The notes below the pieces were generated by a model, which worked only from the letters and a program-made list of their open reading frames with translations, had not been told where the DNA came from and did no database searches. The position numbers were made by a program, and so were the translations under genes. 32,776 nt of DNA. Source: Acutalibacteraceae bacterium (GTDB lineage: Bacteria > Bacillota > Clostridia > Oscillospirales > Acutalibacteraceae). The DNA lies in the NCBI GenBank assembly GCA_045121735.1, contig JBGVGP010000202.1, forward strand, positions 1-32,776. The letters are read 5' to 3'. This document shows positions 9,344-16,566 of the stretch, one piece after another (position 1 is the first letter of the stretch; every line of letters begins with the position of its first letter).

Positions 9344-11114
9344 GGCGGCTCCCGTTGTTTCGGTAATAACGGTTATACTGCTGTGGCTTTTTTTAAGTGA
9401 GGGCGGAATCGTACCTGCCTATATGCTGCCGTCGCCCACCGAGGTTGTAAAAGTCTTTTTCACCGATGCGGACGTGCTTTTTACTCACGCTGTCATCACC
9501 GTACAGGAGGCGCTTTACGGACTTTTACTCGGCACGGCACTCGGCTTTGTTATAGCCGTGCTTATGGACAGATTCACCTTTCTTTATAACGCCTTTTATC
9601 CTCTTCTTGTAATAAGCCAGACTATTCCCACTATTGCCATTGCGCCCCTTCTTGTTTTATGGATGGGCTTTTCTATGGCGCCGAAAATCACTCTTGTTGT
9701 GCTTACAACCTTTTTCCCCGTCTGTGTTTCTCTTCTTGACGGCTTTCGAAGTGCCGACAGGGACGAAATCAACCTTATCCGTTCAATGGGTGGGGGAAGG
9801 GTTCAGATTTTCCGTCACGTGAAGCTTCCTTCAGCGGCAGAGCAGTTTTTTTCGGGGCTTAAGGTTTCCGCCTCCTACAGTGTTGTAGGTGCGGTAATCT
9901 CTGAATGGCTCGGCGGTTTCGAGGGTCTCGGCGTTTATATGACAAGGGTAAAAAAGGCCTACGCCTTCGACAAGATGTTTGCCGTTATTATTCTTATTTC
10001 AGCTCTTTCACTTGTGCTTATGGCTATTATCAGCCTTTTGAGAAATTACGTTCTGCGCTACAAAAAAGACAGACGCTCCTTGAAGAAAGGACGTATTGAT
10101 ATGAAAAAAATTATTGCAATTCTGGTGGCTCTTGTGCTTGTTGCAGGTGTGGCAGGCTTTTTCCTTAGCAAAGAGAAAAACACAGATGAGCCCGCCGAAA
10201 TCACTCTTTGCCTTGACTGGACACCCAACACGAACCATACGGGCTTTTTTGTTGCCGATAAGCTCGGCTACTACGAAAAAGAGGGCATTAAAATTACAAT
10301 TGTTCAGCCGCCCGAAAACGGTGCAGAGCTTATGACTGCTTCGGGTAAGGCACAGTTTGGCATTTCCTTCCAGGATACACTTGCCGATTTATTCAGCGCT
10401 GAAAATGCGCCTGAAATCACAGCCGTTGCGGCAATTCTTCAGCACAACACCTCGGGCATTATCTCACGCAAGGGTGAGGGCGCTGCCACTCCCAAGGGGC
10501 TTGAGGGCATGCGCTACAGCACCTGGGACTGGCCTATTGAGCAGGCTACCGTAAAATACATTATGGAAAAGGACGGCGGTGACTACAGCAAGCTTCAGCT
10601 TATACCAAACGCCGTAACCAACGAAGCCGAGGCGCTTAAAAACAAGGATACCGACGCTATCTGGATATACTATGCCTGGGCAGGTGTAGCCGCTGAAAAA
10701 GCAGGTCTCGACTTTGACTACTTTGCCCTTACGGATATTGACGAAATATTTGACTACTACACCCCCGTAATAGTTGCAAATAACACCTTCCTCAAGGAAG
10801 AGCCCGAGCTTGCAGCAGCCTTTATGAGGGCAACCAAAAAGGGCTACGAGTTCGCCGTTAAAAATCCCGAGGAAGCAGCTGAAATGCTTGTTGAGGGCGA
10901 TACTACAGGCTCACTAGACTCATCACTTGAGCTTGTTACCGCAAGCCAGAAGTGGATAAGCGAAAAATACATTGACGACGCCGAGCAGTGGGGCATTTTT
11001 GACGCTGACAGATGGAACCGCTATTATTCCTGGGTCTATGAGCAGGGACTTATTACAAAAGAAATTCCCGAAGGCTTCGGCTTTACTAATGAATTTATTA
11101 AGGATGCTGATTAA
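9312..11114 (+). CDS. Fused ABC permease (ThiX-like, NitT/TauT type) plus NMT1/THI5-like substrate-binding protein (ThiY-like)
   Basis: Single 600-aa frame. Residues 1-250 are a multi-TM permease. There is no stop before residue 264 (MKKIIAILVALVLVAGVAGFF, an extra TM without a lipobox Cys). A periplasmic-binding-type domain follows. TTG start overlaps the preceding gene. Confidence 0.75.
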   Translation: MTKRYQSITNKAAPVVSVITVILLWLFLSEGGIVPAYMLPSPTEVVKVFFTDADVLFTHAVITVQEALYGLLLGTALGFVIAVLMDRFTFLYNAFYPLLVISQTIPTIAIAPLLVLWMGFSMAPKITLVVLTTFFPVCVSLLDGFRSADRDEINLIRSMGGGRVQIFRHVKLPSAAEQFFSGLKVSASYSVVGAVISEWLGGFEGLGVYMTRVKKAYAFDKMFAVIILISALSLVLMAIISLLRNYVLRYKKDRRSLKKGRIDMKKIIAILVALVLVAGVAGFFLSKEKNTDEPAEITLCLDWTPNTNHTGFFVADKLGYYEKEGIKITIVQPPENGAELMTASGKAQFGISFQDTLADLFSAENAPEITAVAAILQHNTSGIISRKGEGAATPKGLEGMRYSTWDWPIEQATVKYIMEKDGGDYSKLQLIPNAVTNEAEALKNKDTDAIWIYYAWAGVAAEKAGLDFDYFALTDIDEIFDYYTPVIVANNTFLKEEPELAAAFMRATKKGYEFAVKNPEEAAEMLVEGDTTGSLDSSLELVTASQKWISEKYIDDAEQWGIFDADRWNRYYSWVYEQGLITKEIPEGFGFTNEFIKDAD

Positions 11115-11852
11115 ATGATTAAGCTCAAAGCAGAAAACATAACCGTAACCTACGAAAACGAGCCCGTAATAGAAAAAATCAACCTCACACTTAAAAAGGG
11201 AGAGATTGTTTCACTTATCGGTGCAAGCGGATCGGGTAAAACAACCTTTTTTAACGCCGTTGCAGGGCTTTACGGTATTGATGAAGGCAGAGTATTTCTT
11301 GACGGCGAGGATATAACGGGTAAAACGGGTAAGGTTAGCTATATGCTTCAGAAGGATTTGCTCCTTGCTCACTATACCATAATCGACAACGTATCCCTGC
11401 CCCTTGTTATGAAGGGTGAAAAGAAAAAGGACGCCCGTAAAAAGGCATCGGAATACTTTGAGCTTTTCGGTCTTTCGGGCTGTGAAAAGAAATATCCCTC
11501 AGAGCTTTCGGGAGGCATGAGACAGCGTGCCGCACTTATGCGCACCTACCTTACGGGTAACGATGTTGTTCTGCTTGATGAGCCCTTCAGCGCTCTCGAT
11601 ACCATTACAAAAAGTGCAATGCACTCCTGGTATCTCGACATTATGAAGGAAATCGGACTTTCTACAATTTTTGTCACCCACGATATTGACGAGGCAATTC
11701 TCCTTTCAGACAGAGTATACATCCTTTCGGGTGTACCGGGCAGAATTACCGACGAGATAAAAATCGACCTGCCCAAGCCCAGAAGCATTGACGAGGTTAC
11801 AGACGAGGAGTTTGTAAGGTACAAGAGGATGATAAGGGAGAAGATACGATAG
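11115..11852 (+). CDS. ABC transporter ATP-binding protein (ThiZ-like)
   Basis: Walker A GASGSGKTT, signature LSGGMRQR, Walker B VLLDEPFSALD. Start lies 1 nt after the upstream stop. Confidence 0.85.
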   Translation: MIKLKAENITVTYENEPVIEKINLTLKKGEIVSLIGASGSGKTTFFNAVAGLYGIDEGRVFLDGEDITGKTGKVSYMLQKDLLLAHYTIIDNVSLPLVMKGEKKKDARKKASEYFELFGLSGCEKKYPSELSGGMRQRAALMRTYLTGNDVVLLDEPFSALDTITKSAMHSWYLDIMKEIGLSTIFVTHDIDEAILLSDRVYILSGVPGRITDEIKIDLPKPRSIDEVTDEEFVRYKRMIREKIR

Positions 11853-11887
11853 AGCCAAGGGCCAGAGGGCCGAGGGCCGAGTAGCAC
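11853..11887 (+). repeat. Heptad tandem array (GGCCRAG type)
   Basis: AGCCAAG GGCCAGA GGGCCGA GGGCCGA GTAGCAC. Begins at the nucleotide after the stop codon at 11850-11852. Confidence 0.8.
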
Positions 11888-11915
11888 CCTTCGGGTGCAG
11901 TAGTAAGTAACAAGG

Positions 11916-11942
11916 AAAAACCGCCCATCAGGGCGGTTTTTT
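11916..11942. terminator. Bidirectional terminator (ACCGCCC-N4-GGGCGGT family)
   Basis: AAAAACCGCCC-atca-GGGCGGTTTTTT between convergent genes. Confidence 0.8.
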
Positions 11943-11947
11943 GACAC

Positions 11948-12781
11948 TCAGTTTTTTATTTTTGCCGAATCATAAATTCTTTTACCGTCAAGGCTCCACC
12001 TTATTACACGATCTTCGCCGTAATGCTCAAATTCAACATAATCCTCACCTGTGTACCAGCTTATGCTATCACTGTCACCAAATTCGTCAAGATTACCGTT
12101 TTCGTATTTCTCATAGTAAGCGAGATATTCAGGGAGCTTGTCGTTTCCGTTTTTCTCCTTTGTCCATATTTCCTTGCCATTATAATAAAAAGCGTCTACA
12201 TCGGGGTATCTTGCTTCACCCTCGGCAGAAAAATCAACAACATCAATGGCTCTTGAATCAGTTCCCATCCCGTAGCTTTCAGCAATAATCGGTCGCTTAT
12301 CGTTGAATTCAAATACAAGCTTACCGTCTTTTTCTTTTATTTTATGAGTATAGCCTCTGGGGTTAGAGCTTTCATTTGTTGCAATGAAAAATTTATCTTT
12401 TTCTGTTTCACCGTCCTTGACCGTGTAACGGTAAACGCACATAACCACTGTATCATCAACAGTTACAAGGGGAGCATCAAAAAGCATATAGTGTCCTCCC
12501 CAGCAAACAAGCACAGCGAGCACCACCGAAACAAGCACAATAATTTTTTGCTTAGCGCGCTTTTTGTTCATCATTTTATGAAATTCACCGACTGTTGACT
12601 TGCTTTCACGCTTTGGCAAATCCTTTAAGTAAAGTGTATATTCCGCCTTGCAGGCAGCACAGCTTTTTATATGATGCTCAACGGCATTTTTTGTTTTTTC
12701 ACTTACTGCCTTATCGTGATAAAGAGGGATAAGGTCTTCTACAATTTCGCAGTCAAGGTCATTTATATAATCTTTATTCAT
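11948..12781 (-). CDS. Anti-sigma factor, zf-HC2 type, single-pass membrane protein
   Basis: From the ATG at 12781 (RBS GGAAGGAAGGA): MNKDY...C...HHIKSCAAC (H-x3-C-x2-C zinc motif), a TM helix, then an extracytoplasmic domain. The track start at 12928 is an unsupported extension. Confidence 0.7.
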   Translation of the reverse strand: MNKDYINDLDCEIVEDLIPLYHDKAVSEKTKNAVEHHIKSCAACKAEYTLYLKDLPKRESKSTVGEFHKMMNKKRAKQKIIVLVSVVLAVLVCWGGHYMLFDAPLVTVDDTVVMCVYRYTVKDGETEKDKFFIATNESSNPRGYTHKIKEKDGKLVFEFNDKRPIIAESYGMGTDSRAIDVVDFSAEGEARYPDVDAFYYNGKEIWTKEKNGNDKLPEYLAYYEKYENGNLDEFGDSDSISWYTGEDYVEFEHYGEDRVIRWSLDGKRIYDSAKIKN

Positions 12782-13057
12782 AATATCCTTCCTTCCATAG
12801 GGTGACGAGTATAATCCGAATCCCGTTTTTTTCAGGCGGATTTTCGCCAACTCTTCGTTAAAATACTCGCAAATCCGGCAGGATTTGCTGCGTTTTGTGC
12901 CTTGATTTGCCAAAAATCTGCTCTGCAAAAAATCTGCGACCTTAAAACGCGAATTTTTACAGGATTTTTGGATGACGAGGATGACGACAGGCTGTCGCCT
13001 TTCTAATCCGAATCGCCGAAAAGCCGTGAAAATTCACTTTTTAAGGCGAGGTTTGGA

Positions 13058-13558
13058 TTATTCTCGCCACCCTAATTCTTCGTTTATCATTTTTCTTGCC
13101 CTGTGGTAGGTTACCCTTGCCCAGCTTTCACTTTTTGAAAAGAGTGTTGCAATATCGTTAAAGGAAAGCTCACCGAAAACCCGCAGTGAAAAAACCTCCT
13201 TATAAGGCTCGTTCATTCTGTGCAGTATTTTATGTATGCTTAAAAGGGTATCCTTTTTAATAATGCTTTCTTCTGTGTTGTCAGCAGAGCTTTCCTCCCC
13301 AAACAAATCCTCGTCAGAAAACTCTCTGCCCTGCTTTTTAAGCTTATTGAGCCAAAGCCTTTTTGCAATAGCACAAAGCCAGGTGTAAAGACTGCTTTGT
13401 CCCTCAAAGCCTTTTTTAGCACTCATTGCTTTAAGAAAGGCTTCCTGAGTGATGTCGGAGGCTTCGGTTTCATTGCGACACAAGGAAAGCACATAGTGAT
13501 ATACTGCCGAATACTCGGCGCAAAGCACCTCGTCCGTAATTTTATCTTTATTTTTCAC
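13058..13558 (-). CDS. ECF-type RNA polymerase sigma-70 family factor
   Basis: 166 aa. Region 2 (DITQEAFLKA...YTWL) and region 4 HTH (SFNDIATLFSKSESWARVTYHRARK). GTG start behind AGGAAGGTGAAGGA. Confidence 0.85.
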   Translation of the reverse strand: MKNKDKITDEVLCAEYSAVYHYVLSLCRNETEASDITQEAFLKAMSAKKGFEGQSSLYTWLCAIAKRLWLNKLKKQGREFSDEDLFGEESSADNTEESIIKKDTLLSIHKILHRMNEPYKEVFSLRVFGELSFNDIATLFSKSESWARVTYHRARKMINEELGWRE

Positions 13559-13602
13559 TCCTTCACCTTCCTTTCGCAGTTGTCATGACCGTCTGCTGTT
13601 TA

Positions 13603-13631
13603 TTAGACAATTATAAATTAAAAACGTTACA
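13603..13631 (-). promoter_or_regulatory. Candidate ECF-type autoregulated promoter
   Basis: Minus strand TGTAAC-17 nt-GTCTAA (AAC / GTC hallmarks), about 45 nt upstream of the sigma-factor start. Confidence 0.35.
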
Positions 13632-13663
13632 AAATAAAATTTTTCAAGGTCAGAAATTGCAAA

Positions 13664-13696
13664 TAAAAAAAACGCACCGAAAATCGGTGCGTTTTC
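13664..13696. terminator. Terminator (ACGCACCGA family, copy 1)
   Basis: A-run, ACGCACCGA-aaa-TCGGTGCGT, T-run. Near-identical to 16653-16685. Confidence 0.8.
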
Positions 13697-13697
13697 C

Positions 13698-13719
13698 TTA
13701 CTACTTACTACTTACTACT
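13698..13719 (-). repeat. Heptad array (GTAGTAA x3 on the minus strand)
   Basis: TTACTAC x3 on the + strand. Begins 2 nt downstream of the stop of the 13721-14245 gene. Confidence 0.8.
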
Positions 13720-13720
13720 C

Positions 13721-14245
13721 TTACAGTGCAACAGCCATTGCAACAGTTGCGATTACGGCAGCAATAAATGTGATGCCGTAGCTTTCAAGGTAAGAGCCGA
13801 TGTAAAGAATTACAATAGCAGGGGAGTAAAAAATCTTCTGAAGAATGTTGCCCTGCTTATAAACCTTTTCCTTCATATTGATAGCGTCCTCAACAAGGCT
13901 GTAGCTGTTTACAAAAAGTGAAACGGAAAGCCAGTATGAAACGGCACATGCAATTGCAAGAAGTACATTTGTTGTTCCGTAGAAGAAAAGGAACACAACG
14001 GGGAATATTGCAAGCAAGAGTGCGCCGATAGCGTTGAAGAATGCGGGAACGAAGCAGAAAGCAAAGGCCGAACGGGCAGTATGCATAAGCTCGTGGTCTA
14101 CATGGCCTGCGAGCTCATCCTGTCTTAAATATCTGTTGTCCTCAACAGGCACCTTACAGATACGGCAGATAATCTGTTCCCAGAAGCATCTTACATAAGC
14201 ACCGGGGAAGGTGATATATTTTGTAATGTAATAAAAAGCTGTCAT
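13721..14245 (-). CDS. Integral membrane putative zincin metalloprotease (DUF3267-like)
   Basis: 174 aa with an HELMH (HExxH) motif followed by several TM helices. Overlaps the upstream gene by 4 nt. Confidence 0.6.
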   Translation of the reverse strand: MTAFYYITKYITFPGAYVRCFWEQIICRICKVPVEDNRYLRQDELAGHVDHELMHTARSAFAFCFVPAFFNAIGALLLAIFPVVFLFFYGTTNVLLAIACAVSYWLSVSLFVNSYSLVEDAINMKEKVYKQGNILQKIFYSPAIVILYIGSYLESYGITFIAAVIATVAMAVAL

Positions 14246-15663
14246 CCTATGTCACCTCTCATATCTGCAATAGCCTCTTCAATTGAGATTTTATCGTTTT
14301 TGTACTGTACAACAAGGTCGCTGATTTCATAGCCTGCGTTTTTAAGGGTTTCGTCCATATTTTTGTAAACGTCCTCATTACCGCAGTAGGCTGCACAAAG
14401 TGCATAAAGGTTACAGTTAGATACTGTATAGTAGTTTGCGTTCATATACTGACCCATTGTTTCAAGTGCAAGTGCACCCTCGCCCTTGATAAGGTAAGCA
14501 ATTACAAGTGTGGGATAATAGGATGTGTCACCCTGGGGAGCATTTTTTGCTGCCTGCTCGCAAAGATCTATCATTGCATCTGCATCGGGCTGCTCAAGAT
14601 AACGGTAGTAAAGAGCAAGGTTAGCATATGCCTTCATATCCTCGGAATTTATTTCCGTCATCTTTTCAAAATATTCTTCGGCAAGCTCCTTGTCGCCCAT
14701 TTTTGCGGCAACCTCGCACATTGCTCCGATGTAAATCCACTCTGCAATGCCGTCCTTGTCGCTGTCCTCAATTACCTTGAGAGCCTCAAGCTGCTTTGCG
14801 GGCTCTGCCTTTGCAAGGCGGAGTGCCTCGTACTTGTAATAATCAAGGAGAATAGCGTTATATCTGATGCCCTTTTCCTCGTCAATGAATTTTTCCTTTT
14901 CTGCCTCAAGCCTTGCTATAAGCTCGTCACAGTCAAAGTCCTTACCTGAAAAAGCATCTGTAACAACACCCTCAACGGCTTCTCTTGTAGCAATAAAGGA
15001 ATCGATGAATTCTATAATTTTCTTATACTTTTTGTTGCCTGCCTTTTCAAGTTCTTTTTCGGTATAGTTAGCCTGGATAACCTCCTTTGCGTTGCTTACA
15101 TAGCCTGTACGCATAAAGCCGTCGATAAGCATTTCAACTGCCTTTGAGGAATCGTTGCTTGTATCCGATGCAAAGCTGTAAAGAGACTGAACAGCAGACA
15201 TCATTTTATTGTCGCTTGCATAGGTACGAGCCTCAAGCACGGTAAGTGCTTTATCAAGACTGCCTGAAGAAAGGTAAGCAGTAACACCGAAAACAACCAC
15301 CATTAAAATAAGTGCAAGCACACCGCTTATTCTTAAGGGGTAATGCTTCATAAGGTCACGGCATTCCTCACAGTAGGGGTAGCCCTCGCCGTGAAGGGTG
15401 CTTACGGTTTTTTCGCCGCAGCATTCACAAAGGGGAAGCTCCTCTTCCTGCTCTATGCTGTCCTCATCCTCAAATTCTTCAAGCTCCTGAATAAGCTCTG
15501 CTTCTCCGTTTTCCTCTTCATTGGCGGCACTGTCAATTGCCTCCTGGAACATATCGCGGATTTCTTCAAGCTCCTTTACAAGAGCGTCGGCATCCTGAGC
15601 TGTCTCGGCCTCGGGAGCGTCATCCTTAAGCTCTTCAAGCTCCTTGTTTTCAAAATCGTCCAA
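14242..15663 (-). CDS. Zinc-ribbon / TM / TPR-like repeat protein
   Basis: 473 aa. Very acidic N-terminus, CECCG...CEEC zinc ribbon, one TM helix, then an alpha-helical repeat (TPR-like) region. Confidence 0.55.
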   Translation of the reverse strand: MDDFENKELEELKDDAPEAETAQDADALVKELEEIRDMFQEAIDSAANEEENGEAELIQELEEFEDEDSIEQEEELPLCECCGEKTVSTLHGEGYPYCEECRDLMKHYPLRISGVLALILMVVVFGVTAYLSSGSLDKALTVLEARTYASDNKMMSAVQSLYSFASDTSNDSSKAVEMLIDGFMRTGYVSNAKEVIQANYTEKELEKAGNKKYKKIIEFIDSFIATREAVEGVVTDAFSGKDFDCDELIARLEAEKEKFIDEEKGIRYNAILLDYYKYEALRLAKAEPAKQLEALKVIEDSDKDGIAEWIYIGAMCEVAAKMGDKELAEEYFEKMTEINSEDMKAYANLALYYRYLEQPDADAMIDLCEQAAKNAPQGDTSYYPTLVIAYLIKGEGALALETMGQYMNANYYTVSNCNLYALCAAYCGNEDVYKNMDETLKNAGYEISDLVVQYKNDKISIEEAIADMRGDIG

Positions 15664-15798
15664 AATAAAACCTCCTTAAGGTAAAATATTTTACCTATAG
15701 TCAATTAAGTAGTATTTTAACACTGTTACGGATAAAATGCAACCTATAATTACTCAAGTTTATAATATCAACCTTTTTTTAAAGCTACTTTAAAACGG

Positions 15799-15827
15799 TT
15801 GAGAAAAAAAGTGAAATGTGATAATAT
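15799..15827 (+). promoter_or_regulatory. Promoter of queH
   Basis: TTGAGA, 17 nt, TGa-TAATAT extended -10. Confidence 0.55.
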
Positions 15828-15860
15828 ATGTTCAGTATTAATTTTATGCGGGGTGAAGCA

Positions 15861-16460
15861 ATGGAAAATCTTCAGCGTGAGCTTGAAAAAATTATAGAAA
15901 AAAACAAAAGGGACGGCATAAAACCGACCCTGCTTCTTCACGCCTGCTGTGCTCCCTGCAGCAGCTACTGCATAGAATATCTCAACGAGCATTTTGATAT
16001 CACCCTTTTATTCTACAACCCCAATATTTACCCTGCCGACGAATACGATTACCGAATCAGTGAGCTTAAAAGGCTTGTAAGTGAAATGGAACTTTCTATT
16101 CCCGTGCTTGAATGCGAAAACGACACCGAAAGCTTTTACGCCCTCGCCAAGGGCAGAGAGGATGTGCGCGAGGGCGGTGTGAGGTGCTTTGACTGCTACC
16201 GTCTGCGCCTTGAAAAAACTGCCGAGCTAGCAAAGAAGGGCGGCTTTGACTATTTCACAACCACCCTTTCTATAAGTCCTCTCAAAAACGCACAGAAGCT
16301 TCGTGAAATCGGTCTTGAGCTTGAGGAAAAATACGGCGTTAAAAATCTCCCCTCGGATTTCAAAAAGAAAGAGGGCTATAAAAGAAGCATTGAGCTTTCA
16401 AAAAAGTATAACCTTTACAGACAGGATTACTGCGGTTGCGAGTATTCGAGGAGAAGCTGA
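15861..16460 (+). CDS. queH: Epoxyqueuosine reductase QueH (DUF208)
   Basis: LLLHACCAPCS, CFDCYRLR and C-terminal DYCGCEYS cysteine motifs. ATG at 15861 follows GGGGTGAAG. Confidence 0.8.
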   Translation: MENLQRELEKIIEKNKRDGIKPTLLLHACCAPCSSYCIEYLNEHFDITLLFYNPNIYPADEYDYRISELKRLVSEMELSIPVLECENDTESFYALAKGREDVREGGVRCFDCYRLRLEKTAELAKKGGFDYFTTTLSISPLKNAQKLREIGLELEEKYGVKNLPSDFKKKEGYKRSIELSKKYNLYRQDYCGCEYSRRS

Positions 16461-16462
16461 GA

Positions 16463-16490
16463 CAATTCGCAATGCGCAATGCGCAATTCC
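16463..16490 (+). repeat. Heptad array (CAATGCG type)
   Basis: CAATTCG CAATGCG CAATGCG CAATTCC, starting 3 nt after the queH stop. Confidence 0.8.
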
Positions 16491-16540
16491 CCCTCTCCGT
16501 CAGACCTTTGGTCTGCCACCTCTCCCGATGGGAGAGGCAA
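16489..16540 (+). repeat. Y-hairpin-Y'-R element, copy 1
   Basis: CCCTCTCC GTCA CAGACC-ttt-GGTCTG CCA CCTCTCCC gat GGGAGAGG. Confidence 0.85.
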
Positions 16541-16566
16541 GTATAAAGGCCATGCAAAAAAACAGT

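Noticed and set aside
12782-12928. N-terminal extension of the anti-sigma ORF to 12928. The same applies to the track starts at 7127, 7931, 9035, 15828, 19897, 24870, 28895, 28967 and 30614.
   Set aside because: In each case an internal ATG with a well-spaced Shine-Dalgarno exists, at 12781, 7064, 7937, 9044, 15861, 19930, 24939, 28856, 28976 and 30605. The upstream extension lacks an RBS or starts at a non-ATG codon in non-coding-looking sequence.
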